A stretch of DNA of 64,000 nucleotides from Hormiphora californensis. Its lineage: Eukaryota > Animalia > Ctenophora. The notes beneath the pieces are model-generated. The model was given only the letters and a program-made list of their open reading frames with translations, searched no databases and was not told where the DNA came from. Positions 1-12,061 of the stretch are shown in pieces; positions within the stretch are counted from its first letter, which is position 1; each line of letters begins with the position of its first letter. The stretch covers positions 4,154,001-4,218,000 of the forward strand of contig CM035356.1 in NCBI GenBank assembly GCA_020137815.1. The letters run 5' to 3'. The position numbers and the translations under genes were made by a program.

Positions 1-197
1 CTAAGTAACAGCAAGACTGTACCAGTGCAGATACATGCAGACATATAGGCAATTGAATGGTGTGTTAGGACACTACAAAGTAACACCAAGACTCTGCTGT
101 ACAGACAAACACATGAGTGGGGGGAGGTTGGGTGTTACTGACTAGCACATGCTGCTGATCTCACACTATCACGTACAACAATAAACAATTTGCTTAC

Positions 198-539
198 CAG
201 ATATAGGGAGATCCAGCGCCTTTAGGATATCTTTTAGTTCTGATACCTTCATCTTTGACAGGTTATCAAGATCAACTGTCAGCTCTTCTTCCTCCTCTTC
301 ACCTGGCTGAGAGATTAGAGAGGGTCAGGGGTGGCGTGAAGATGGGACATTGGAGAGGGTCAGGGGCGGCGGAACCGGGTTATACTCTTATGGACAATAG
401 AGTTGAGGCTCTGCGAGAGAGATAATTAAACGCTACCATATATGCATACCATTTCTGATTCTATCTTCTCAGCCTCTGGTTCTTCTTCAGCTGGTGCAGC
501 GGGGGTCATTTCCACGGGCGTTTCTTCGGTTTCTGACAT
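198..539 (-). CDS. 5' exons of a SAP-domain protein (gene continues beyond the window start)
   Basis: Exon 1 450-539 (MSETEETPVEM...ESEM, GT donor). Exon 198-306 (AG acceptor, GTAAGC donor) reads PGEEEEELTVDLDNLSKMKVSELKDILKALDLPIS(G), the SAP motif LxKMKVxELKxxLKxxxLPxSG. Confidence 0.7.
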
Positions 540-695
540 GTTTCTGGGGAGGGCACTGCAAAACAGATGTCTAATTGAGAAAATGATATTTGAAATGGAG
601 CATTTTTTAAATTGTGTGCACTCCCCTCGGAAGTTGGGTCAGGGGAGAGAAAGGTAATCATTCTGATTAAGTCGCAGACAAACAAAATGGTTTAA

Positions 696-1972
696 GGGTA
701 CACCTCGGCAAAATTTTTGTCGAGTGCCCGCTTAGCTCTCCATATGGGGTTGTAGGGCATACCAAGCCGACCTCAAATATGCAATTTTAGCCCTTAACTC
801 GAATTCATATTTTTGCTACAGCCCCTCAAAGTTTGACCCTAAAAACCGGTTTTTAAGGTCCCTAAATTTTATTTTTAGGGCTAGAAAGCTGAAAATTTAG
901 GGATTCATAGAGGATACCAAGGTGTATAGCTCAAACAGAAATTTTTTGAAATGGAGCTCAATTTTTTGTCTGAGACTATTTTACTTTTTTTGACTTTGAG
1001 GCCATATTTGGACATGTTCCTATGGACCGTTAAGGCTAAAAATTGGATATTTGGTGCTCCTAACAATTGTCAAAGTAGCCACAAATTTTCAGGAGGTCCG
1101 AATTTGAAATGTGGCCTACAGGTTTCTTTTTGTAAAGCACATATTTTAGGAAAACTTAAAATGGCTATATCTCAAAAACGGTAGGTCCTAGCGATCTAAT
1201 TTCGTGCTAAATCGATTCAGCGGGTCCGATTTTGGGGGGGTCGTCTCTTAGACATTTTGCTCTAAGTCTAACCGTTTTTTCAGAAATCGTATTTTAAGGT
1301 TTGTACATGTTTAGCAGAAATAGGTAAGATTAGCTCTAGCTAGAAGCATTTCTGCTAAACATGTACAAACCTTAAAATACGATTTCTGAAAAAACGGTTA
1401 GACTTAGAGCAAAATGTCTAAGAGACGACCCCCCCAAAATCGGACCCACTGAATCGATTTAGCACGAAATTAGATCGCTAGGACCTACCGTTTTTGAGAT
1501 ATAGCCATTTTAAGTTTTCCTAAAATATGTGCTTTACAAAAAGAAACCTGTAGGCCACATTTCAAATTCGGACCTCCTGAAAATTTGTGGCTACTTTGAC
1601 AATTGTTAGGAGCACCAAATATCCAATTTTTAGCCTTAACGGTCCATAGGAACATGTCCAAATATGGCCTCAAAGTCAAAAAAAGTAAAATAGTCTCAGA
1701 CAAAAATTGAGCTCCATTTCAAAAAATTTCTGTTTGAGCTATACACCTTGGTATCCTCTATGAATCCCTAAATTTTCAGCTTTCTAGCCCTAAAAATAAA
1801 ATTTAGGGACCTTAAAAACCGGTTTTTAGGGTCAAACTTTGAGGGGCTGTAGCAAAAATATGAATTCGAGTTAAGGGCTAAAATTGCATATTTGAGGTCG
1901 GCTTGGTATGCCCTACAACCCCATATGGAGAGCTAAGCGGGCACTCGACAAAAATTTTGCCGAGGTGTACCC
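696..1972. mobile_element. Non-autonomous foldback DNA transposon, Kolobok-like (TTAA TSD, GG...CC termini)
   Basis: Near-perfect inverted arms of about 625 bp (696-1321 / 1348-1972) around a 26-bp spacer. TTAA at 692-695 and 1973-1976. Termini GGGTACACC...GGTGTACCC. Confidence 0.85.
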
Positions 1973-2050
1973 TTAAAAGACTGAAGAATCTACCGAATAT
2001 AGTATTATGGTCACAAAACTGTAATAAATTATATTAAAAACCCGTCAATC

Positions 2051-3993
2051 TCACGAAGCAGCAACTTTTGCTTCAGCTTTCGCAGTTTCATCTTCAATCC
2101 GTTTCCTTTTTCTCTCAAAGTATGCCTGAAATCCTTTCACTCCTGCCGGTTTCTTCCTTTCTGGTTGTTTACTGACCACCATCTCTGACCATTTGACATC
2201 CTCCACCCCCTCTTCCACCTTTAGAGCCTCTCCCAATACACCCTCACTACTGATAGAGTACAATAGAACACCAGATTGAGTCAACACGGCCACAGTGCTA
2301 CCAGATACAGCAGTTGATACAATACCACCAGGGATAGTTACCATGGAAACCTGGTTATTTGGATTGTCTGCGGAGTGAATTGAAAGGGTGTCTGCGGTGC
2401 TGAGGAGAAGAGAGGAGGAAGGGAGGTAGGATATGGAGGTGTAGGGGACGGGGGAGGTGTGGGTTGAAGTACAGGTGTCAGATGTTAGATCCCATAACTT
2501 TAACGTACAATCACCTGTAGAAAGGGTAGGGGTCCGTCAGGTTTATCTAGGGTATAAAAACTGTCAGATCCAGGCTAGGCCAAAAGAAACACCATGTATC
2601 TCTCAACTTTGAAAAACAAAAACGAATTCGATATGACCAGGGTCCAGGGGTATCTTGTTTTACATAACCAAAGAAAAAAAAACATCGCTAAATTTGAGAA
2701 CCAAAGAAATATAACATCACTTACCCCCAATTGAGGCGAGAGTGGTATCGGATGTTTGCACGACGCCATGTACAAACTCAGTGTGACCCATTAGGTATGA
2801 TTGTACATTGTAACAGTTAGGGTAGTGTGACACTCTTATCTTCTCATCCCTGGGGAGTGGGGGGACATGGGGTCAATCTGGGCCGGATTGGGGTGGGGGC
2901 GAGGAGACGGCCAACAATCAACATCCCTGGATGGAGGGGGCTGGGGGATCAACAATCAACATCAGTGGGGAAAACTCACTACTCAGGTGAGGTTCAACAT
3001 CAATATTTAGTGAGGGGGTGAAGGGGTCAATATCAGTAGAGATATAATCATCAGTGATCTAACACATGGGTTTCCTTATTACTGATCATTCACACACAAG
3101 GAAAGAAATTATGAGAGTTGTTGTTCATGTCCCCTTGAACAACAGCAATTTATAGTGGTAAAACCATCGCTCTCTCTATCTCACCTGTCACAAGTAACAA
3201 GATATTTCCCGTCTCTAGACATGAGACAGTCCATGACAACACTAACGTGCCCCAGTAGGTATTGTCTATCAGTCAATTGGAATGTGTAGGAGTACGCATC
3301 ACCCGCCTTGTCACTCACAATAACTCGACCATCTGATGGGCTTACTTGGACAGCCGTGGGACGTTTTACTGCCTAGAAGATAGTTGTGTGTGAGCTGTCC
3401 CCACTCCCCGGACCCTTGCATTTAACTACGAGCCCCCGCCCTAAGACTTCAACCCCCCCCCCCCCGTCATATAGAAAAGACACTCTTTTAAACTCCCTTC
3501 CAACAAACAAGACACTACTCCATTAGTACCGCTCCAAATGATACCTACCACGGAAGAAGCGAGACGTTCCCCACTCCAAGACCATGTTTCCAACACTTTG
3601 TTATTGCTGCTGGTCACAACACCATCCCTGCCTGATGCTACACCGGATATAAAAGCAGCCCCCTCACACTCCTTACCCTCTACACTCTCTGGTACCTGTG
3701 TGTGGAGAAGATGTGATGTTACTTACAGAGTGGTTACTAAGTGGTTACCATGTGCTATTTAATGGTTACTTGGTTACAGGTTACTCCTTTTTCACCATGG
3801 TTACAATGGTTACCACTGTAGATGGTATCCCGTTATCAGCAACGTGTTTGTGTAGTTAGCTAACACATAACACACACACCTGCCCACAAGTAGCAAAACG
3901 TTTCAACTCTCCCCCAGACAGTTTGTAGAGTTCGGTTCCTATAGCAACCAGGAACGGAGGGTCTTCCCGACACGTAGTGTGCACAAGAGCCAT
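2051..3993 (-). CDS. WDR4: tRNA (guanine-N7)-methyltransferase non-catalytic WD40 subunit (WDR4/TRM82), about 5 exons
   Basis: Spliced exons (about 3880-3993, 3549-3695, 3185-3372, 2725-2849, 2051-2514) give VIVSDKAGDAY...LLGHVSVVMDCLMSRDGKYLVTCDR|DEKIRVSHYPNCYNVQSYLMGHTEFV...GDCTLKLWD, the TRM82 signature. Basic C-terminus YFERKRKR. Confidence 0.9.
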
Positions 3994-4587
3994 GCTCTGG
4001 GATGGAGGATATATTACTGGGGCTACTATTGTGGGGTAGTTATTGTTGGGATGCGGGAGGTACCGCGCTGGGAGTGATGGAGGGTTGCTGGGAAGGCGGT
4101 ATTGAAAGATAATGGTGTGTAACACAGAAACACTTCTAATTGTTAGAAAAACTAAAAGCATTACATAGTAATAATAACACAAGCTAATATCATGCTTATA
4201 TACAGTGTATATAATATCTCACTAGAATAGAAATCTTAAACTGACTGATAATACATTTACTGATAATACATTTACAGAAACACAATATAAAAACTAAAAT
4301 GGATATACATTTTTTTCGTGGGTATAATAATACCGATACATCTCCGAGAAAATTAGAGAAATATAATTTTCGTATCGTGGTTTGCTTTTTTATTTGCATT
4401 TTTCATTGTTCCACCTCTGTCATCCAACCGATACCCATCCTGACACATCACGAGATGGAAACACTGTTTGATATTGTTATTGACACAGCTCCACATTTAC
4501 AGGTTGTCCCTTGCTCCACTCTGTCTCACCACTCACCAGTCACCACACCCCGGGGTTTGACCAAAACAAGGTCCAGTTCTCTCAGAG

Positions 4588-6219
4588 TTACCAGATTAAC
4601 ATCCTAACTACCACAACCACCGCACTCATCATCACACTGGTACTAACACTCCCGGCACCAGATACTGCCAGGAACCCGACACAGTGCCAACAGTTAAACC
4701 GACTATCCGGATCAAACTGCTTCTTCAGCTCCTCCAATCTCTCCCTGTTCTCTCCCCACAGTTGATTCTCCCAGTCAGGTTCATTGGCAGCGGCGTGGTT
4801 GAACCCTGCCCCTGAATCAGTGAACACATCACGGAGTTTCTGGGCGGTGTTCTCAGCAAAGGTTTCCATTTGGAGAACAGCCTTTCTCATAGCGGGGTGA
4901 ACTGCTGTTTCGTTTTCTCCAACGGTCATCATGGCCCCACCCAGTATGTAGTTGAAGGTATAAAACCCGTTCACAGCGATCCATTTCAAAGTCTCCTTGG
5001 TGGTAGCAGCTTCGTTTTGAATGTAGTCGAGGGTGATGAGACGACTGGCAATATCGATATTCGCCTGACCAGTCTCATCCGTGGTCATGTCGTCTGGACC
5101 TCCCCGAGCCTCATAATACGATGCCCCACACCTCTTACTATAAACTGCCATGTTACCTAGGGCTAGTGCTCCTTTATAAAACTCATCATTGTTCAGTTCT
5201 TCCTCCGTACCCTGGTAGTAAAAAACTCCAGAACTCAGGGTCCAGTATCCTCCCCATTTGGTGTCCAAATTCTCAATAGAGTCAACCAGGTAATCAATCC
5301 ACTTGTAAACAGTCGTCATATCGTAGTTAGTTGCCTCAGATAAATCAGTAACATACCATAATATCTCACAAAATGGAAGGGTCTCGTGGAGTTGATAATG
5401 CACGGCTGTGACGACCCCAAATGTGCCACCTCCACCCCCTCTCAGTGCCCAGAAGAGATCCTCATTCTCACACTCACTTGCCTCAACCTCACTCCCATTA
5501 GCGAGGACCACCGTGAAATCTAGGACCTGGTCCACGCCCATCCCGTACATCCGGGCGGAAGCGGACAATCCACCTCCCATTAACCATCCACCCGCTGCCC
5601 CGACGGTTAACCCACCACCCCCAACCACGTGGTACTCAGACCCAACCTCGTTATAAACCTCCTTCCAGTTCTGGCCTCCCCCAACTTTAATAGCGGCATT
5701 GTAGGTTGTACCACACTTTGTATAGTTCCCTATCACTCCCTCATCGCTATACTTTACAAAGGACCTCATCCAGATAAGGAGTGCCCCAGCACCCATACTG
5801 GCCCCTGCGTAGTTGTGTCCGGAACTCTTCACCACCACTTGGATGTCGTGCTCATTGGCAAACTTGATCGCTTCAACTATATCATTTGTAGTTTTAGCTT
5901 CAACCGAATATGCAGGGATGTTCCAGCTGGCCTTATCACTGCACTTGTCTTTAGCGCAGTCACTATACTGCATGCATCTTCCCTCTCCCTCATCTTGCAG
6001 GGTATACGCAGCAAAGGCTCCCGTAGCGGAACAACTAGAACTGTAACTATCCGGATCACCAATATAGTGAAGGAGATCAGTGCTAGAGAGTTTAGTTTTT
6101 AATTCATCCCATTCTGCAGAGGTGGGCCAGCATGTTGAGTTGCTCGGCATACAGTAGTCGAATTTATCTCTGGCCTGGACCAGGGATAGAAGAAGAGACA
6201 GCCATAATAATAATAACAT
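4588..6219 (-). CDS. Secreted BBE-like FAD-linked oxidoreductase, intronless, probable GPI/TM anchor
   Basis: Signal peptide MLLLLWLSLLLSLVQA (ATG 6219); CMPSNSTCWP; FAD-attachment KSSGHNYAG; TVGAAGGWLMGGG; DLFWALRGGGGGTFGVV; BBE tail WGENRERLEELKKQFDP; hydrophobic C-terminus. Confidence 0.9.
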   Translation of the reverse strand: MLLLLWLSLLLSLVQARDKFDYCMPSNSTCWPTSAEWDELKTKLSSTDLLHYIGDPDSYSSSCSATGAFAAYTLQDEGEGRCMQYSDCAKDKCSDKASWNIPAYSVEAKTTNDIVEAIKFANEHDIQVVVKSSGHNYAGASMGAGALLIWMRSFVKYSDEGVIGNYTKCGTTYNAAIKVGGGQNWKEVYNEVGSEYHVVGGGGLTVGAAGGWLMGGGLSASARMYGMGVDQVLDFTVVLANGSEVEASECENEDLFWALRGGGGGTFGVVTAVHYQLHETLPFCEILWYVTDLSEATNYDMTTVYKWIDYLVDSIENLDTKWGGYWTLSSGVFYYQGTEEELNNDEFYKGALALGNMAVYSKRCGASYYEARGGPDDMTTDETGQANIDIASRLITLDYIQNEAATTKETLKWIAVNGFYTFNYILGGAMMTVGENETAVHPAMRKAVLQMETFAENTAQKLRDVFTDSGAGFNHAAANEPDWENQLWGENRERLEELKKQFDPDSRFNCWHCVGFLAVSGAGSVSTSVMMSAVVVVVRMLIW

Positions 6220-6442
6220 TACTAAAGAAGAATAGTTTGGGTTAAATATGTACACTCTGCAGATGTATAATTAGAAGAGAGTTATTTGAAAGAATGATGA
6301 ATTTATCAAAATATAGATTTTAAACTAAAACAGCTTTAGAAAAATAAAACATGCACAAAAGTTTGTTTTTGTAATCTGGATGTGTCGTCTGAAAAATAAA
6401 CAGTTCAAAAGTAGTCTCGCCAGGAGTAAAATAATGGTGTGT

Positions 6443-6703
6443 TCAGTAGACCTGTTGGCGTCTCGAGTGTGCTCCAATACACGCAAAAACACCCAACACT
6501 CCTGACAGAAAGAGGAAACTCGTAAAATGGAATACCACTTATAACAGCACATTGAATCAAGTAATTATCACGACGATAACAAACAAAAACATACCAAGGG
6601 TCATCCCGATTATGAGAGCAAAACCATCTCCAGAATCGAACGCAGCAACGGGCTTTACACACGCAATTAGGATGATTACCAACACCGCCAACAGAGATTT
6701 CAT
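6443..6703 (-). CDS. SMIM30: SMIM30-like 55-aa membrane microprotein (2 exons: 6595-6703, 6443-6501)
   Basis: Splicing a GTATGT...TCAG intron gives MKSLLAVLVIILIACVKPVAAFDSGDGFALIIGMTLGVLGVFACIGAHSRRQQVY*, matching the SMIM30 pattern (GDxxAL...G..AC.G.y.R). Absent from the ORF track. Confidence 0.75.
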
Positions 6704-6842
6704 TGTGCTAATAATCGATGGGTATTCAAATCAAAACAAAAAGTTTTGAAATTTGATTAGTTCAACAAAAATCAACTTTTAATCTAAATATGTTAAAATG
6801 TGACAAAATTCTGGTTTTTCTATTATATCGAGCTTATTGTAA

Positions 6843-7112
6843 AGTCCGTTTCAAGCGACTTGACCCGTAATTCTTGGAATTTGGCGCATTGCGCGTGTAT
6901 TTACAAAGGGGAAATCCTGAATTTCCAGGAATCTCAGGTCAAGTCGTTTGAAACGCACTTTAAAGTCGGATTTTTTGAAACTGTCACCCCCAAATGACCG
7001 CGCATGTGAAATTTATCAATTTTGACGCGCACACCACACGTTAACATGTGATGTGACGCGCAAAAACATTCCGCGCACGAGAAGGGGGGTGACAGTTTCA
7101 AAAAATTCGACT
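6843..7112. mobile_element. Two adjacent mini inverted-repeat elements (6843-6959, 6964-7112) sharing a central TTAA
   Basis: AGTCCGTTTCAAGCGACTTGACC...GGTCAAGTCGTTTGAAACGCACT, then TTAA, then AGTCGGATTTTTTGAAACTGTCACCCCC...GGGGGTGACAGTTTCAAAAAATTCGACT. Confidence 0.55.
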
Positions 7113-7630
7113 TTATGTATTGGCTCAGATCATTAATTGAATCAAATAAAAACAGAGGCCACGACACGAAGTTCTCTAGAGGGCGGTGCGAAGCGGCAGG
7201 GGGTTTTGGGCCGCAGGTCGATTTCCACGCATTTTAGGCATTTAGAAGTCCGACTTGAGAGTAAAACTGTTGGTCAGCACCCCCTCCCGGCTCCCCTTCC
7301 TCGATGCCTGCGGCCAAGAAAGACGTTTGGAAAGTTTATAGTAGGGTTTCTTAATTTCGCGCGCAGTAGTGAAATTCGTAAATGGATTTGCGCGTGCAAG
7401 TGCGCGGCTCTTTCTGAGCGAGAAGTTCGTCCAAAGCCGAGCCGAACCAGAAATGTTTCATTTCCACTTTGGTGGATTTTGATATGTTTGATCCGGACGC
7501 TCTTGGCAATTTCTTTCTGATTTCTATCAACTTCTTTACTTTCTGTTTTATTTGTGCCATATTTGATTGCAATCTTATTAATTTTCTCGCTTCTCACAAT
7601 TTGCTGCTTTTAAATCACTTCTTCCTCCTA

Positions 7631-7834
7631 CTAAAGTACCCAGCAAACACAGTTGGCGTAGATTGCTGGCCAGCGCTAAATTTCAGACGGCCATAGATCC
7701 ACCCCCTGATGATATAGAGACTCGAAATTTGTTTTGTAAGGAGATCACGTCGAGTTCTTCTTACACAACAAATTTCAAGTCTCTATCTACGCTGGCCAGC
7801 AATCTACGCCAACTGTGTTTGCTGGGTACTTTAG
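7631..7834. mobile_element. MITE with about 45-bp perfect TIRs
   Basis: CTAAAGTACCCAGCAAACACAGTTGGCGTAGATTGCTGGCCAGCG at 7631 and its reverse complement ending at 7834. Confidence 0.7.
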
Positions 7835-9769
7835 ACAACTTCCCACCTTGGAGCCCCCTTCTGTACTTCCTCTAGAGTTTGGACTTAGGCCTCTCCTGGG
7901 CACCTCTTTGCACCCTCCCTTGTACCTGTTTGTACATCCTCCTTCCTGAGTCTTTGGTGTATCCTTTTGCCATCTGTGGTACCTGCTTCTACATTCTCCC
8001 TCGCTCCTGGGTAGTGGCCAGTGGGTATATCTTTCTGCTCTCTTCCTTAGCCCGGTTAACCTCTTCCTGCACTCTCCCCTTTCCGAGTACCACCTTCCCT
8101 CCGTACCCTAGGTACTTCCTTCTGCACCCCAGCCCGGCCCTGGGTCTTTCCTTCTGCATTCTCTCTTGGCCCACCTTTCATGCACACCCAGCACCCTTCC
8201 TCTTTATGGTACCTGCTTCTTCATCCCCCTCCTGGGTATCTCCTTCAGCCTTCTGTACCCTTACTCCTTCATACCTGCTTCTACATCCTCCCCCTTTTGG
8301 GTAACTTCTTTTGCATCCCCCTTTTTGGTACCTGCTTCTACATCGTCTCTCCTCGGTACCTACATTTTAACCCTCCTTCCTTGTTACTATACCTATCCCC
8401 TCTATTTATAATTATCCTTTAATCCCTAAATTTCTTATTTATAACTGGATGTATTTAATAGTTTAATGCTGCAAACGGAAAACTTAAAAGTAGGAATTAA
8501 ATGTGATGTGTACGGATGTCGGATGTGTAATGTCTATAAAGAGGAAAAGTCTTCTTCTTTTCTCTCGGGGAATCATTACAAAAGAGGTACTGTTACTACT
8601 AATTACTAAATTCTGTACCAGCTGATGTTGCACGATCGATAAACCGACTATTATAATACATGTTCACCATTTTTGTAGCTAGGTACATCATCATGTCTAT
8701 AAACCATCTTTGCCCCATCCAGGTACCAACTGATATGATAAACATGGGAATCTAGCTTTCACCGCAGTAACGATTAGACGTTGGCCAACTAGTATGTGGC
8801 TGGGATATTTTCCGAAAAGAGAACTGGACTGGACGTGTGAACTACACTCATCTTCATAACCAAGAAGGTTAGTTGTCAAATCGTCCCTTCCCAAATCCCT
8901 CCCGAGTTCCATTCTCTTCCCAGTTATTTATTCTATTCTCCTCCCAGTTATTTATTAAATTTCTATTTAGTATTTATCTTAATTACATGCTATTCAACAT
9001 GGAGGTTTAATGATTTTGATAGAGGAATCTGTCTCCCTCTGTCGTTCGCTTTCAGATGTCTTCTCTCTATCTCTTGCTCTATCTCTAGCTCTATTTCGGA
9101 GAGCGAACTGTATTGACATGTTTCTGGCCCACCCTGTATCTCCATCTTGTTATGTTCTAACCCTCCTAGGAAAGAGGTTCGAGCAAGGCCATCTCCATCG
9201 CTATCTTTCTATCTCTATCTCTCCATCCCTTTGATCTATTTCTCCATACCGGGTATGGTGTAGACTGTAGGTCATGGGTATGGCATACCCATGACCTACA
9301 CTATAGTCTGTCTTAGAGTGTTTCTCTAGCTCTATATATATCCCAAGTTTGACATGTATTAGAGGGAAATGATGTACATACATTTATTGTGTGAACCTCA
9401 ACAATACAGTCATGTACAATAATTTTCGCCTTTATATTATCACTAGAAAGCCCGTTGAAGTATAGCACCCGTTGACCCGAATACCCACGGCCCACCCCTA
9501 ACCCAGGAGCACCCCTCTCACTCGCTGCACCAACCCGCACGTGCAACCTTCAATCACCCGCTGCGTAGCTGGGCTATGGCACCTCCTTGGCAACCCCCTC
9601 TATTTGCACGTGAGGATAGGACATCATCACCATCACGCCACTCATTTGCATCTTTTAATTAAGATTATTATATTATTATTATATTATATCTCGATTCTCT
9701 CCGATTGTCTCTGTATTTCTCTCTGTATCTCCCTATCTCTATTTCTCTCTCGCCACCCCCTCCCGCTCT

Positions 9770-9790
9770 CTTTCTCTCTCTCTCTCTCCC

Positions 9791-9856
<66 letters not shown>
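9770..9856. repeat. (CT)n microsatellite; similar tracts at about 10452-10538, 11983-12054, 18059-18186, 18541-18662, 42800-42878, 44871-45065, 49116-49188, 61027-61087
   Basis: Direct dinucleotide repeats; these generate the spurious SLSL/RERE ORFs. Confidence 0.95.
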
Positions 9857-9859
<3 letters not shown>

Positions 9860-9997
9860 CTCCCTCACCACTATATTCTTTCAGGAAAACTCATCACAGA
9901 ACGGCGCTCAGTTGGAACGGCCGGAATACCTGGGTGGAAGGGGAAAATATCTGCAATAAGAGGTGTATCCTGCTTCTCAAAGATCCCTTTCGAAGTT

Positions 9998-10285
9998 ATG
10001 AACTCTCTAAACGAGAAGCCTGTGATCTCCAAGTGTTCTAGAGTAGTTGCTGCTGCTGATGGAAAAGTGAGACCTGTCGTTGTCTCTCTGAACTCCAGGG
10101 AAACTCTGAGGAAGGCGAGGGAGCTCAAGACTACTACGGCCTACTCCAAGGTGTTTCTGGAGCCTGATCGGACTCTAGAGCAGAGGGTTGAGAGAAAGAG
10201 AACATTAAAGACTTTGAGTGAGTTGAGAAGGTCGCATCCTGAGGGACGCTATTTGATTATGGGTGGAGTAATACAGTGTGTGTAG
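9998..10285 (+). pseudogene. Relic resembling the C-terminus of a LINE ORF1 (RRM/CTD-like)
   Basis: RPVVVSL...LRKARELK...VFLEPDRTLEQRVERKR resembles CR1/L2 ORF1 C-termini. No ORF2 follows. Confidence 0.5.
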
Positions 10286-10447
10286 GACTCTGGGTGTCGC
10301 CTGTCATATCGGGATTATTCCTGTGTTGGCGAAGCCCTTGAATGAGTGTTTGAAATATTTGAACTTTCATTGTTTTCCGTACTAATTATTAGTAAACAAT
10401 TACAAGAACAGTGTGGTTAAATCATTGAAACATGTTTGTAATTATCC

Positions 10448-10538
<91 letters not shown>

Positions 10539-11976
10539 CCCTTACTCTTTCCCTCTCTGTATACAAACATGTTTCATTTTGTGTTTAATAACGGAATACT
10601 GGAACTTGGAAATGGTCTTAAAATGAGGAAGAAATTCATAAACATGGTTACGGCACTTGTCAGCGCATTTCTTAGCTGTTTCCATGAGACCTCCTTCCTT
10701 TGTCCTTGAGCAAGGTGTCCTGCTTGGCGCGCACGGTACATATTGGTGCGCGCGGTATAAAAGTACAGATGAAAGTCAAAAGGTGACGGCATTTGAAACG
10801 TAGACAATTTATTGGTTTTGGCGGGTGTTTGGCCCAGGTTCCAAAAACCTGATTTCGAACCTATTTCATCCAATTTTTTTACTGGATCTTGTTCGCAGAG
10901 TGATTTGGAACACTGTGCTTTTTATTAGACCAAAATCCGATGTGTCAATCAGGAATAAGGGGCATTTATATCGTTTGACTGGCAATTATACCTTAATTGA
11001 CTCCTAGTGACCAATTTACCCAGTCACGCGTATATTTCTGGTAATTCACATGACTTCTAATGAGTTTCTTAACCATTTCCAAGGATAAAATAGGGGGGTA
11101 AAATTCGTGACTGGATCAGATTAGGGTCCCTACTATTAAGGAAATTTACAAATTTTGTGACTTTGAGTTCATGATCTGAATTGCTCGAACCGCGCGCATT
11201 TAAGAATCGAACGCGCGATCAAATTTGCAGTGGACTTTGTTTAAAGTGGCGCTTGACATTTCACGAACCGTGAGTGATAAATTCCCATCGTGGGAAAATC
11301 GCGCCTTCTGGCTTGTGAAACAAGCACCGCGCGCAACGTTTATGCCAAGAGCATGAGAACCTTGAGTCTGACATGTTCCTCGCCTGTCAGCTCTCATATC
11401 ACAGAATGCCCGATGTGAGCCAACCCCCGTCTTGATTCTCAAATGGGATCGGCGCCGCCCGACAGAACCCCAGAAACAAAATTCTTACTAAAAGAACACC
11501 AAATGTTTCTTCATACTATGAATCACAGTGTCTGAACTGTCTGTCAAAATGCCAATTGTATTGAGTGACAAAACTGTAAACAGTACCCCTTTACTTTTTT
11601 TACAATTCATTCTCTATTTTGCAGTTCAGTGTTCACTCAATCTCTGGATCAGCTGTGTTTGAAGTTGTTCACTTAGTAAAATCTCGAGTCGTCTCTGAAC
11701 CACGTGAGTTCACCACAGGGGTCACTCCCTCCACATTCACTCACTGTTGTTAATTGGTTCAACTAAATACAGTCAGAATGGTGTTATTTGATAGAACTAT
11801 TACATGCTTTAACTCGCGCTTGACTGGGTGCAACAATTGAGGTGCAACAGCATCTCACATCTGGTGATGGGTGATATATTGAAGGGACTAAACTGACACA
11901 AACATATGTATACAAACACATATTGTTCGCTCATTAAGAGTTCATTTGTCAGATTGTGACTTTCCTTCGAGAACTA

Positions 11977-12061
<85 letters not shown>

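Noticed and set aside
951-1703. Identical ORFs on opposite strands (951-1184 and 1485-1703; likewise 14369-14569 and 15343-15633)
   Set aside because: By-products of foldback arms; no recognisable protein motifs.
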